Assembly: GCA_963819815.1 (NCBI GenBank) | Contig: CAWFXL010000001.1 | Span: 992,001 to 1,056,000 of the forward strand | Direction: 5' to 3' | Length of the DNA stretch: 64,000 nt | From: an uncultured bacterium | GTDB lineage: Bacteria > Babelota > Babeliae > Babelales > Babelaceae | Shown here: piece after piece, positions 1-9,828 of the stretch | How positions within the stretch are numbered: position 1 is the stretch's first letter | Layout of the letters: each line of letters opens with the position of its first letter | Position numbers and translations under genes: made by a program | The notes under the pieces: generated by a model | The model's database searches: none | What the model saw: only the letters and a program-made list of their open reading frames with translations | What the model was told of the DNA's origin: nothing

Positions 1-1105
1 CAGCTTTAGCTGGATTATACTGTATCTTATCCACATCATCACCCTCGTACTCATCAAACCAACTTTGCAGTTCTTTCAGTGCTGTTGGATCACTTTCATA
101 GGCTTTATACAAGGTTTGAAAAACTATATCCTCGTTAGAACGATAATCCTGTACAATCATAGCAATAGCTAATGCATCTTTTCTCGTCGTCTTGTCTTTT
201 AAAAGCTCGGTAATGCGCTCACCAATAGTCTTGCCTGGATGTGCTAGGTCAGCAGTTTTATCGACATCTTTCTCGAAATCTTTGACCCAACTTTCAAGGT
301 CTTCAAGCGCTGTTTTATCCTTTTCATAGACTGTATACAAGGTTTGAAATACTACATCCTTGTTCGAACGATGGCTCTGTACAAGCCTAGCAACAGCCAA
401 TGCTTCTTTTCTCAAAACCCGGTTAGCTAAAAGCTCTGTGATGCCCTCACCAATGGTTTTGCCTGGATGTGCTCCATCAGCAGTCTTGTCTACATCTTCC
501 TTGAACTCTTCGATCCAATTTTCAAGTTCCGCAAGTGCTGTTTGATCCAATTTACAGAGAGTGTACAAGGTTTGAAATACTTCAACCTTGTTCGAACGAT
601 CGCCCTGTACAAGCTTAGCAACTGCTAATTCCTGTTTTCTCGTCGCTTGGTAAGTTAAACGTTCTTTAATGCGCGCACCAATAGTCTTCCCTGGCGCATA
701 GTTCATAGCATCTACATCTTCCTCAAAACCATCAAGCCAACTTTTAAGTTCCTCAAGCGCCGTTGGATCGCTTTCATAGATTGTATACAAGGTTTGAAAT
801 ACTATATCCTCGTTGGTACGAGCACCCTGAACAAGCTTAGCAACTGCCAATGCTGGTTTTCTAAATTCTTTCTTTTGCAACCGAGCAGTAATGATCCCAC
901 CTACAGCATTTTTGTTGAAAGTAACTCTATCAACATCATAGGTAACTTTTTTGTACTGTTCTTCAAAGGCTTTATAGTGCTTTAGATCCTCAAGGGCATT
1001 TTTAAGACGTTCTTTGGAAGTCTCATCGAGGCTAGCCATGGCTTGAACCGATCCAAAGCCTGAAACCAAGAGGAGTGTTATAGTTACAATTCGTTTAAAT
1101 AGCAT
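1..1105 (-). CDS. Exported protein with ~76-aa tandem helical repeats (3' end runs off the window); paralog of 1362-4754
   Basis: Not in the ORF track. Manual translation from ATG 1105 (SD AAGGA upstream): MLFKRIVTITLLLVSGFGSVQA signal peptide, then repeats such as RSNKDVVFQTLYTVYEKDKTALEDLESWVKDFEKDVDKTADLAHPGKTIGERITELLKDKTTRKDALAIAMIVQDY. Frame stays open to the window edge. AAGGTTTGAA recurs at 111, 339, 567 and 789. Confidence 0.9.
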   Translation of the reverse strand, partial: MLFKRIVTITLLLVSGFGSVQAMASLDETSKERLKNALEDLKHYKAFEEQYKKVTYDVDRVTFNKNAVGGIITARLQKKEFRKPALAVAKLVQGARTNEDIVFQTLYTIYESDPTALEELKSWLDGFEEDVDAMNYAPGKTIGARIKERLTYQATRKQELAVAKLVQGDRSNKVEVFQTLYTLCKLDQTALAELENWIEEFKEDVDKTADGAHPGKTIGEGITELLANRVLRKEALAVARLVQSHRSNKDVVFQTLYTVYEKDKTALEDLESWVKDFEKDVDKTADLAHPGKTIGERITELLKDKTTRKDALAIAMIVQDYRSNEDIVFQTLYKAYESDPTALKELQSWFDEYEGDDVDKIQYNPAKA

Positions 1106-1321
1106 AGTTTTCCTTTACTGAGGTGTGAGCTTCAATCTTTTACGTACTACTCTAACATAGCACAAAATGCGCTACTCTTCAAAAGCCTTATTTTTATTGC
1201 TATTCCCAAAACGATTCCCTGGTATCTGCAGAATGACACTTTTTTACCATGAAACGCTACCTAGGATTTTTGGTTAAGGAGTAGTTACTATATTCATCAC
1301 CATACATAGATCCACTCATGA

Positions 1322-1348
1322 GAGAGCCTGTACGAGGTACAGGCTCTC
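1322..1348 (-). terminator. Stem-loop downstream of the 1130-aa gene
   Basis: GAGAGCCTGTAC-GAG-GTACAGGCTCTC, a perfect 12-bp stem 13 nt after the stop; no clear U-tract. Confidence 0.55.
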
Positions 1349-1361
1349 GTATAATACTTAG

Positions 1362-4300
1362 TTACGCTGCCGTAGGAAGAGCTTGCGGCTGGTCAGCACT
1401 ATTCTTTTTAAGATTTTTGTTGATCATATAATAATACACGAAACCTGCGCCAGCAACCACCGCTGCAACCCCAAGAGTTTTGCCCATTGACCAACTGGAT
1501 TGCTTAGGAGCATTAGGTTTGGCATTTGGCACCGGATTTGCCTGGGCTGTAGCAGTTATCTTAAAGAGATTTGATAGGTCATCTCTGCCGAGAGCTTCGA
1601 TCCTTTGGGCGATCGTCTCAGGAAGAGCAGGATCAAATCTAATCGTTGTAACATCAGCATCGACCTTACGTTGCCACTCCTTCAGATCATCAAACACTGA
1701 TTGGTCCTTCTCATAGGCCGCATAGAGGGTTCGCAATACCGATTCTTTATCAGAACGGTCCATCTGAACAATCTCAGCAACAGCTAATGCATCTTTTCTC
1801 GTCGCTGCTGCACTTAAACGCTCAGCAATACGACCACCAATAGTCATACCTGGATTTGTAGGATCATAGTCCGTCGTATCTACGTCCTCTTCGAATCCAT
1901 TGACCCAATTTTCCAGGTCTTTAAACACTGCTGTATCGTTTTCATAGGCTGTATAGAGGGTCTGAAGTACTATATTCTTATTCGAGCGATGATCCCAAAC
2001 AAGTCTAGCAAGGTCCAATGCATCTTTTCGTGTCGCCTTCACACGTAGCTTCTCGGTGATGCACTCACCAATAGTCTTGTTGGGACCTGCTTGATCAGCG
2101 ACCTTATCTACATCTTCCTTAAACGTATCAAGCCACCCTTCCAGGTCATCGAGTGCTGCCGAATCGCTCTCGTAAACTTTAAATAAGGTTTGCAATACTA
2201 CATGCTGATTTGTACGATCATGCTGAACAATTCTAGCAACAGCTAATGCTTCTTTCCTCGTCGCGGCCACGCTTAACCGTTCTGTAAGGCGGTCTCCGAT
2301 GGTCTTGCCTTCATGTGCTGGATCAGCAATCTGGTCTACATCGGGTTCAAACTCATCAACCCAAGTTTTCAGGTCTTCTACTGCAGTTGCGTCACTTTCA
2401 CAGGCTTTACACAAGGTTTGGAACACTCTCAGTTGGTTCGAACGATCCTCCTGTACTATCAGAGCAATAGCCAATGCACGTTTTCTCGTCCTGGCCGATC
2501 GCAACCCTTCTGTGATGCGTCTCCCAATGGTTTCTCCAGGTTTAGATGCATCATAATCGGTTGTATCTACATCTTCCTTATATACTTTGACCCATGATTC
2601 CAGATCCCCTAGTGCCGTCGGATCATTTTCACAAGCTGCACACAAGGCCTGGAATACTACATCCTTCTTCGAACGATCGTCCTGTACAAGCAGAGCAACA
2701 GCCAATGCGTCTGTTCTCGTCCCGTTTGTGCTTAAACGTTCGGTAATACGATCACCAATGGTCTTATCTCGTTTAGCCGAATTATAGCTCAGCTTATCTG
2801 CATTAGGATGGAACTGTTTAACCCAGCTTTTTAAATCACTTAATACAGCAGGGTCCTTTTCATACGCTCTATAGAGAGTTCTGAACACTACGCTCTTATC
2901 TGAACGATGCCGCTGTACAAGCTCAGCAACGGCTAAGGCCTCTGCTCTGTGTGTAGAGTTCAAGCCATCGGTAATAAGCTGTCCTAACGTCTTGTCCGGA
3001 TCATGTAAAAGGACGTCAACATCATAGGTACAAGTACTACATAGTTCTTCAAAAGCTTCATAGGCCGCTTGATCAACAAGAGCCCTCTTAAGAAGCTCAC
3101 CGAAAGTATTAGCATGAGTTCTGTAGCTCTCAATAGCGGGCAAATCCAAAATATCCTCTGGACCGACATTATCAATAGATCGTGCTATTGATAAGTTTGA
3201 ATCGGACTTCATCTTAATAAGATCTATATTCACTCTCTTATCTTTAATAAACTCCTTGAGTGCATCAATTTTGGTCGCATCTATACGGGCAGCTCTCACA
3301 CGTTTACGTAATTCATGTGCTTCAGGTGGATTTGAGCGGAAAGGCTGTAGTGCCGTTCGTAAGGTACTCAGCACACCTTCATGATGATCTGGATTATCAA
3401 GATACCCACCAATAGTACCGTCTGAAAACTTAACCGTATCGATATCTAATGAGTTATCAACAACATGCTGGACAAAAGCGGTAACTCGACTATCAACCTG
3501 ATCTGGTTCAGCAACCAAAGTTTTTCTGAATAGATCACGAACAACCTGGCCATTAAGCATCGCCATAACGTTGTCTTTGTACATAACATCACGACCACTC
3601 AGAGTGTTTACATAGTCAGCAAATGAATCATAATCATCGTAAGCAAAACTTGCAAGCGTAATAGGATTCTCTTGGAATAACAAAAGATGCTCCAGCTCCT
3701 GATGACGAGCCTCATCGCGCAAGCAATGGAGAAGTAAGTTTGTTTTGGCTGAATCACGAGTATTGTGCATCACCCAAAATCTCTTCAAATGAGCACTACC
3801 ATTATCTTCTAAAGGATGGAGTGTATGAAATGTTTTGAGTTCAGCACAGACAACTTTTGTGCGTGCTCTAGTAGCAGGATCACCAAGTTTCGACTTAAGA
3901 TAGTCGTCAAGCGGCATTCCTGTGTACCTTTCAAAAAATGCATCCCAAGAGCTTACGGGAAGATATGCATAGTCGGCAAGGAATGACTTTAGAAGTTTAA
4001 GAGGTACTTTGTCCTCTGTATACTCACAACAGCCAACCACTAAATAGGTGAAAGCCTTCTGTGCATATGAAGGCTGCTCTTCAAATCTCCAATTCTTTAC
4101 TGAAGCAGGGCTTACCCCCTGCAACAGATAGGGCGCACAATGAGCAAGAGTTATTTTTGCATCATCATGGGTAGTTCTTGGATCAAGATCGGTAGCTCCC
4201 TGATCTTCTAACAATCCGATAACCGATCCACCATCGGAATAGTTCAGGGTATCTATAGCAAGTTTTGTATCGGGGTACTGCGCAAAAAAGCTGGTAACAT

Positions 4301-4754
4301 CTTCCGCAGAAATCTTAGCGTTTACCCATTTATCAAATCTTCTGAGAAAAATTGTCTCATCAAAAAGGGCTACGACATCTTTTAGATTTTTTTCCTTGGC
4401 AATGGCTCGGGGAGTCTTTCCATTAACACCCGCCTCTGGATCAGCGTCATAGGTATCAAGAAGACATCTCATTACCTCCTGCGATTGAAGGTCACCACAA
4501 CAAGCAAATTTACCAAGCAGTGTTGTTTGATTCGCATCGCCACTATGATATGCTCCCAAATCTTCTGGCGTTCTAAAGGTTTTCGCCCACGTATCGAGCT
4601 GCGCAATAACACCTGCGGTTCCTCTTTTTTCCTTAAGTAGCTGAGTTGCACTACCATCCCTAAGGAACTGTAGCAAATCATTCTGAGGACCGCTACTTGC
4701 ATACATTGAAGATGCGGATAGACACACTAAACTGGCTATGAACATTTTTGTCAT
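1362..4754 (-). CDS. Exported 1130-aa protein: N-terminal ankyrin-like repeats, 76-77-aa tandem repeats, C-terminal membrane anchor
   Basis: Signal peptide MTKMFIASLVCLSASSMYA; ankyrin-like VMRCLLDTYDADPEAGVNGKTPRAIAKEKNLKDVVALF; five full plus one partial RSxxxxVFQTL...W...EDVD...GKTIG.RI repeats; tail GKTLGVAAVVAGAGFVYYYMINK. Confidence 0.85.
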   Translation of the reverse strand: MTKMFIASLVCLSASSMYASSGPQNDLLQFLRDGSATQLLKEKRGTAGVIAQLDTWAKTFRTPEDLGAYHSGDANQTTLLGKFACCGDLQSQEVMRCLLDTYDADPEAGVNGKTPRAIAKEKNLKDVVALFDETIFLRRFDKWVNAKISAEDVTSFFAQYPDTKLAIDTLNYSDGGSVIGLLEDQGATDLDPRTTHDDAKITLAHCAPYLLQGVSPASVKNWRFEEQPSYAQKAFTYLVVGCCEYTEDKVPLKLLKSFLADYAYLPVSSWDAFFERYTGMPLDDYLKSKLGDPATRARTKVVCAELKTFHTLHPLEDNGSAHLKRFWVMHNTRDSAKTNLLLHCLRDEARHQELEHLLLFQENPITLASFAYDDYDSFADYVNTLSGRDVMYKDNVMAMLNGQVVRDLFRKTLVAEPDQVDSRVTAFVQHVVDNSLDIDTVKFSDGTIGGYLDNPDHHEGVLSTLRTALQPFRSNPPEAHELRKRVRAARIDATKIDALKEFIKDKRVNIDLIKMKSDSNLSIARSIDNVGPEDILDLPAIESYRTHANTFGELLKRALVDQAAYEAFEELCSTCTYDVDVLLHDPDKTLGQLITDGLNSTHRAEALAVAELVQRHRSDKSVVFRTLYRAYEKDPAVLSDLKSWVKQFHPNADKLSYNSAKRDKTIGDRITERLSTNGTRTDALAVALLVQDDRSKKDVVFQALCAACENDPTALGDLESWVKVYKEDVDTTDYDASKPGETIGRRITEGLRSARTRKRALAIALIVQEDRSNQLRVFQTLCKACESDATAVEDLKTWVDEFEPDVDQIADPAHEGKTIGDRLTERLSVAATRKEALAVARIVQHDRTNQHVVLQTLFKVYESDSAALDDLEGWLDTFKEDVDKVADQAGPNKTIGECITEKLRVKATRKDALDLARLVWDHRSNKNIVLQTLYTAYENDTAVFKDLENWVNGFEEDVDTTDYDPTNPGMTIGGRIAERLSAAATRKDALAVAEIVQMDRSDKESVLRTLYAAYEKDQSVFDDLKEWQRKVDADVTTIRFDPALPETIAQRIEALGRDDLSNLFKITATAQANPVPNAKPNAPKQSSWSMGKTLGVAAVVAGAGFVYYYMINKNLKKNSADQPQALPTAA

Positions 4755-5166
4755 ATCTCTCCCAAAAAAAATAGTACGATAGATTGTTTATACATCGCTA
4801 GGTAGTATAGCAGAAATAGGCTATAAATAAAGTCTTACAAGGAGCTTTTGCCCAACACTAGCAACCTTTAGCTTTGGTAAAAGCTCCAAGAGTTTTTCTA
4901 AAGCCGCTCACCAAGAACCTGAGTCATCATCCTCGAGCTTTGGGCACCTATTCCAATCACTGAGTTTGAGAACTGCACATGGAGAGCATGAGCCTTGGTA
5001 CCTCAAAAGGCGATACTACTATACTTGCACTCGATCACGAATCGTCGTAAAACATCTATTGAAGGTTGAGTAGACAATGAATTGGTCGTAACAATACGAG
5101 GAAAGGTCTATCTTGGTTTAGGGCTCTTTTGAAGTAGGCCCCGCCACAATAATGCTCACAGAACGT

Positions 5167-5196
5167 AAAGAAAAGCGCCTATCAATCGATAGGCGC
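5167..5196 (-). terminator. Rho-independent terminator of the ankyrin gene 5228-6301
   Basis: GCGCCTATC/GATAGGCGC stem followed on the minus strand by TTTTCTTT. Confidence 0.7.
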
Positions 5197-5227
5197 CCTT
5201 ACTTATAACCCTAAATCAGGTGCTTTT

Positions 5228-6301
5228 TTAAGCAGCAGCTGTTTTAACGGGTTGAGATTTCTGGTTACTTGTATAGACATAGTAAAGTGTGGCAACTACC
5301 GCACCCGCACCTAGGCCTATAAGAAGATTCTTACCTCTACTGTTTACTACAGGTGGTTTTGCATCCGTAGGGGATCCAGCACCAGTTTTATCCGGTTTAC
5401 CACCAGTTGGATTAGATGGATCAGCAGGAGTTCCCTCAGATCCATCACCTGTACCAGGAGCAGGTTTTTCTCTCAGATTTAGATCAACACCAATTAGCGC
5501 TTTCAAGCGCGCTAGTACTTCCGCTGAATCTTCACCTGTAAAGCATTTTGCTTCAAGGATGTCGGCAAAGGTTTGATTCTTACTATTCACAAGGTTTGGA
5601 ACCTTTAGATCATTGACAAGATACTCAAAGGTATCAATATTCTGGGTTAACGATCCCCTTAAAGCAAGGATATGTAAAACAGTATTTCCATTTGCATCCA
5701 CGGCAGATGCATTAACACCTTGTGCTACACACCATTGAATAATATCACGATCAAAAACTTGACCTTTTTGGGATGGCGCTGCAAGAATATGTAGTGCTGT
5801 CTTTCCTGAACGAGTTAACGCTGCTGGATTCGCTCCAAGATTAACAAGTCCAGTAACTTTTCCGCCTAGATCTTCCTTAGTGATATCATTTAGTTGTAAA
5901 AGCAGAAGCAATGGAGTATTGCCAGCTTTGTTTGTAACGTTGACGTTAACACCAAGATCAACTAAACATTTGACTAGTTCTAAATCTACATTCAAACCTT
6001 GCTCTCTAACAAGCAAATGAAGACGGGTTTCTTCTCCACCAACATTATATGCGTTGAGCAAATCACTCTTGAGGTAGGTCTCATTTACAAAAGTTCCAGC
6101 ATCTTGTTGTTTTTTAACAAAATCTTTAAATGCATCGCACGTTGCTTCACATTTAAACCATTCTTCGACAGCCAGATTTCGAGCATCAGCTGTTGAGCTG
6201 TTGTACCAATAAGACCAGGCCTTTGGGCTCACCCAACTACCAGCCTGTATGCTTCCCTGAATAAGGGTCACACTCAAAAGACAACCTAAAAATTTCTTCA
6301 T
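5228..6301 (-). CDS. Exported ankyrin-repeat protein with C-terminal membrane anchor
   Basis: Start re-called at ATG 6301 (GAGG SD; signal MKKFLGCLLSVTLIQGSIQA). Ankyrin motifs GNTPLLLL, GKTALHILA, GNTVLHILA; Pro/Gly linker; tail LLIGLGAGAVVATLYYVYTSNQKSQP. Confidence 0.9.
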   Translation of the reverse strand: MKKFLGCLLSVTLIQGSIQAGSWVSPKAWSYWYNSSTADARNLAVEEWFKCEATCDAFKDFVKKQQDAGTFVNETYLKSDLLNAYNVGGEETRLHLLVREQGLNVDLELVKCLVDLGVNVNVTNKAGNTPLLLLLQLNDITKEDLGGKVTGLVNLGANPAALTRSGKTALHILAAPSQKGQVFDRDIIQWCVAQGVNASAVDANGNTVLHILALRGSLTQNIDTFEYLVNDLKVPNLVNSKNQTFADILEAKCFTGEDSAEVLARLKALIGVDLNLREKPAPGTGDGSEGTPADPSNPTGGKPDKTGAGSPTDAKPPVVNSRGKNLLIGLGAGAVVATLYYVYTSNQKSQPVKTAAA

Positions 6302-6659
6302 AGACGTTTCCTCGTTAACATTGTTAAAAATGTCAGTTTTGTTAATACCTAATTCCCATTTTAGAAGAACTCTTTCCAAAATGCAAATGCCTCATAAAAT
6401 ATCAAACTCAAGTATATTACTTAAAAAAACATTTTAGCAAGAGTTTCTTTTTTTTCAAACAAAATTTTATGAACTTAAGCTTACCTCCATACTACCAGAT
6501 TCTTTAGTGGATGTCTCTAGCTCCTAGAAATAGTATCACCTTGGATTATCCATTAGGCTTTTTAAGCTACTTGGGCTTTAGGCATTCTATAGAATATGGT
6601 CATGTTCCCTATGTTCACACAAGTAAGCGGATACCTGCCGGTTGTACCTAAAAACATAC

Positions 6660-8690
6660 TTAACTTGCCTGAACAGTAGTAGTTCCACCAGGGCTAGATT
6701 TTTGGCTTTTGGTATATACATAGTAGATTAAGCTAGCAATAGCCCCTATACCGAAAGCTAGGGGCGCATTCCGATGTATAAATCCAGATCTTATCGATGG
6801 CTTCTGAGTTACCGGACCTTGCATATTCCTGGCTTTACTAACTGAAGGCTTCTCTCCTTTTCCGGAAACTTGTGGAGAAGCAAGTGGGTCGGTTGGAATC
6901 GTTTGAGAAATAGTACCCGATCCCTTTTTAGAGCGACTCTTTGGTGGATTTGAGCCTAGACTTTCCTTGCCCACTTCCTCACCTTTTTGAGTAACAGGGG
7001 TAGTTATCTTCAAACTCTTAACTCCATCATTCTTAGAAATTGCTTTTGAATGAGCAGCTTTGCCGCTTTTTCCCGTTACTGGCAAATAAGCAAGAGGACT
7101 TGCATCAGAAACTATTCCGCTACCAGGAGCCGGGGAATTACCACCTGAAATGCTTTTCACATCATGCTTAGCAGGTGAGTTTGAATCCAGACAATCATTC
7201 TCAACAACTTCCTTTGCACATAAACTGGGATTAAGCGTTTTCCACCAGGAAACCATTTCTGTCGTAAACTTACCCCGCTGAGTCAAAATACTGATATAAT
7301 AATCCCCATTCTCGTTTTGTGCCGCCATATTGACACCAAGATCTTGCAATTTTTTGAGCATATCAAATGATGCTTCTTCCAAATCTACCTCTGCAAGTAT
7401 GTGCAAAAAACAATTACCTTCTGTATCTGTCAGATTTGGGTCAACTTTTAGCTCCTTAATAAGATAGGCATACAAATCAATATAGGTAGCGAGCGATCCT
7501 CGTAAGGCAAGAATATGCAAAATACTATAGCCATATATATCTTGTAAACATGGATTAACCCCTAACTTAATCCACCAATCAACCATTTCACGATCGAAGA
7601 TCTGCTCTTCGCCACTCAATGATGGACTTGCAAGACTATGCAAGATAGTCTCATTGGATCCATTTAACAGCTTCGGATCTGCCCCAAGGGAAATGAGCTT
7701 CTGAATTTCTCTCAAATCGCTCTTACGTATAAAACGATTTTCAACACGAAACTGGAAGGGAGTAGTCCCTTCTATGTCCCGTTTATTAATATCTACACCA
7801 AGATCAAGTAAACATTCCACTACATCAAAGTCTAGAGGAATACCCTCCTCTATAATTTCTTCAAAATAGGCATGAAGGCGCGTTTTCCCTTCACTATTCA
7901 AACCATTAACCACGTCACTCTTGATCTGTCCCTCCCTAAAAATTCCAGATTTTCTTTGATCCATAACAAAGCCCTCTAATGCATCGCGGGTTGATTCACA
8001 GGCAAACCATTCCTCAACAATAGAAGCTCGGCGATTTTTTGTGGGGGTCACAAAGGAGAGCACGGTACGAACAAATTTCGTAACAGAAGATGGGGCAGTT
8101 CCCCCTTGACTACTTTTTCTAGGGGTAAGCACCGGTGAGAAAGCGCCATTGGCTTGTGCGGGGACAGACTGAGGTGTAAGTCTCAACCTTCTATCACTCA
8201 TATCAGAAGTTGGAGTATGCACTCGAAACCTTTTTGTACGTGCGGGCCCGCTTGCAATGGTACGCCCTTCGGCTCCAAGACGCCGCAAAAAAGGTGTAAC
8301 CCCAGCATGTAGGACTCTAGGAGTGGGAGCTTTTGAAGTGGCTCGAATATCTGGTGTAAATTTCTGCGTAGCTGGTGTCGCACTTCCATCAGTTGATGAT
8401 TCCTCATCTTGATATGCAGAGCTCTCACTTGGAGTAGACTCATGAGAAGCATCACTTAGCCCGCTAGCTCGGTCAAAAGGAGTTCCTTCAATCCATTCTA
8501 TATTCCCTTGATCTGCACTCATACCTGAAGCAAGCTTACTACCCCCATCTCTTTGCGGAGTTTGAGTGGGCGTACAAGTTTGGCTAAGCTGCCTTTTTGC
8601 TAGCTGCGTTTTCGCCAATTGACGTGCTAAAGCTTCTACGCTTCCTTGAACAAGCACAACACTCAAGAAACAACCTAATAATCTCTTCAT
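6660..8690 (-). CDS. Exported ankyrin-repeat protein with S/T/P-rich disordered regions and C-terminal anchor; paralog of 5228-6301
   Basis: Start re-called at ATG 8690 (signal MKRLLGCFLSVVLVQGSVEA, nearly identical to its neighbour). Shared VEEWF.CE.T.DA block; ankyrin motifs GKTRLH, NETILHSLA, GYSILHILA, GNCFLHILA; tail LAFGIGAIASLIYYVYTKSQKS. Confidence 0.9.
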   Translation of the reverse strand: MKRLLGCFLSVVLVQGSVEALARQLAKTQLAKRQLSQTCTPTQTPQRDGGSKLASGMSADQGNIEWIEGTPFDRASGLSDASHESTPSESSAYQDEESSTDGSATPATQKFTPDIRATSKAPTPRVLHAGVTPFLRRLGAEGRTIASGPARTKRFRVHTPTSDMSDRRLRLTPQSVPAQANGAFSPVLTPRKSSQGGTAPSSVTKFVRTVLSFVTPTKNRRASIVEEWFACESTRDALEGFVMDQRKSGIFREGQIKSDVVNGLNSEGKTRLHAYFEEIIEEGIPLDFDVVECLLDLGVDINKRDIEGTTPFQFRVENRFIRKSDLREIQKLISLGADPKLLNGSNETILHSLASPSLSGEEQIFDREMVDWWIKLGVNPCLQDIYGYSILHILALRGSLATYIDLYAYLIKELKVDPNLTDTEGNCFLHILAEVDLEEASFDMLKKLQDLGVNMAAQNENGDYYISILTQRGKFTTEMVSWWKTLNPSLCAKEVVENDCLDSNSPAKHDVKSISGGNSPAPGSGIVSDASPLAYLPVTGKSGKAAHSKAISKNDGVKSLKITTPVTQKGEEVGKESLGSNPPKSRSKKGSGTISQTIPTDPLASPQVSGKGEKPSVSKARNMQGPVTQKPSIRSGFIHRNAPLAFGIGAIASLIYYVYTKSQKSSPGGTTTVQAS

Positions 8691-9195
8691 AAACGAGGGA
8701 CCCCAAACAAGACTTGCTATGACAATGATTCTCTTTGAAAGCATTGTAAAATAACTCTTAGCAAAAGGCAAATTGCTCATATAATATCCATTACACATAT
8801 ACTTAATCTTTAAAAACCCTTGACAAAAGGGCTCGGATTGCAGATAGAATTGACCACCCTGGGCATTCCCACCAAAACTTGCCAATGCACAGCCGAAAAA
8901 AAATTTCTAAACATTTCATAATGTTATCATAACTTTGTATAAGTAGGGTTATATTTGTCACAGAAATGAACCGGGCTTTATAAAACAGGAGTCTTAAAAA
9001 ATGGTAAAAAGCCCTAACAGAAATCTTTAAAGGGGCAAGCCGAACTTTTTATAATAAAGATGCAAATAATACTTGATTTCTTCAAGAAAGGTCTTTAACC
9101 TTAAGAGTAGCTAAGAAGGAATTGTAGTAATGAAGCTTGCTATTTTAGTTCCCGCTAGTCGAGGATCCTCTCTTTACAATCAGATAAATTTGTAG

Positions 9196-9816
9196 TTAAC
9201 ACCGTCCACTGAGTTGGAGTGAACGCTTTTTGAGCCTTTCAAAAGATTTTGTATAGGCTTCAAAAAGGGCTTCATTTTCGATAATCACCACATTTTCCTG
9301 ATTCTTTTCATTAGCCCTCATCGTAAAATTATACGATCCGGTCCAGACAAGCGCTTTGCCCTCTATGGTTTGAGTAAAAAGCATAAATTTATTATGCATA
9401 AGCCCTGCTTCAGATTCATTGGAAGAGGTTTGAAATACCCAGAGTGGAATCTGAGCATTAGCGAGCGTACATACCTTGCTGTGGTAGCCCTGGCCATATG
9501 ACCTATCCACAACTCCTTCAACTAATACTCCTCTATGAGCCGCCCGTATAAGTGCTTGTGTTATGGCCTTATCAGTAAGAGTATATATGGCAAAGGAAAT
9601 ACGTTTTTTTTCAGCATCGATAAGCCCAATAAGTATCGAGCGAAGATCGTCATCAGGAGAAAAAAATGATTGCACGACAAAGCCCTGATGAGTCGAGAGG
9701 GCACGTGAAAGTTTACGTTCATCACGTAGTGAAAGCCAGTAGGAGGCAATACCAAAGCAGCCAAGTACTATAAGAAAGGCAAGGAGCGCGACAAGTTTGC
9801 GTACAAAGCTTTTCAT
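9196..9816 (-). CDS. Single-domain phospholipase D/Nuc-like (PLD6-type) protein with N-terminal TM helix
   Basis: FFSP, AIYTLT, MHNKFMLFT (HxKxxxxD with D replaced by T), TGSYNFT, NQEN. Confidence 0.85.
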   Translation of the reverse strand: MKSFVRKLVALLAFLIVLGCFGIASYWLSLRDERKLSRALSTHQGFVVQSFFSPDDDLRSILIGLIDAEKKRISFAIYTLTDKAITQALIRAAHRGVLVEGVVDRSYGQGYHSKVCTLANAQIPLWVFQTSSNESEAGLMHNKFMLFTQTIEGKALVWTGSYNFTMRANEKNQENVVIIENEALFEAYTKSFERLKKRSLQLSGRC

Positions 9817-9828
9817 TTCTATTCCTTC

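Noticed and set aside
360..2787. Short plus-strand ORFs (360-545, 794-985, 1480-1716, 2299-2787)
   Set aside because: Antisense shadows of the minus-strand repeat genes. The same applies to most ORFs under 160 aa nested in long genes throughout the track.
1..3020. 228-bp periodic DNA repeats as a CRISPR array or DGR template/variable repeats
   Set aside because: The repeats are in-frame coding units with no spacers, differences are not adenine-specific, and no cas or reverse transcriptase gene is in the window.
6302..8885. N-terminal extensions given by the ORF track for the ankyrin genes (starts 6379 and 8885)
   Set aside because: Downstream ATGs have SD-like sequences and matching signal peptides in both paralogs. 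Starts of gspE, secA, tyrS, gmd, alr and pth were trimmed on similar grounds.
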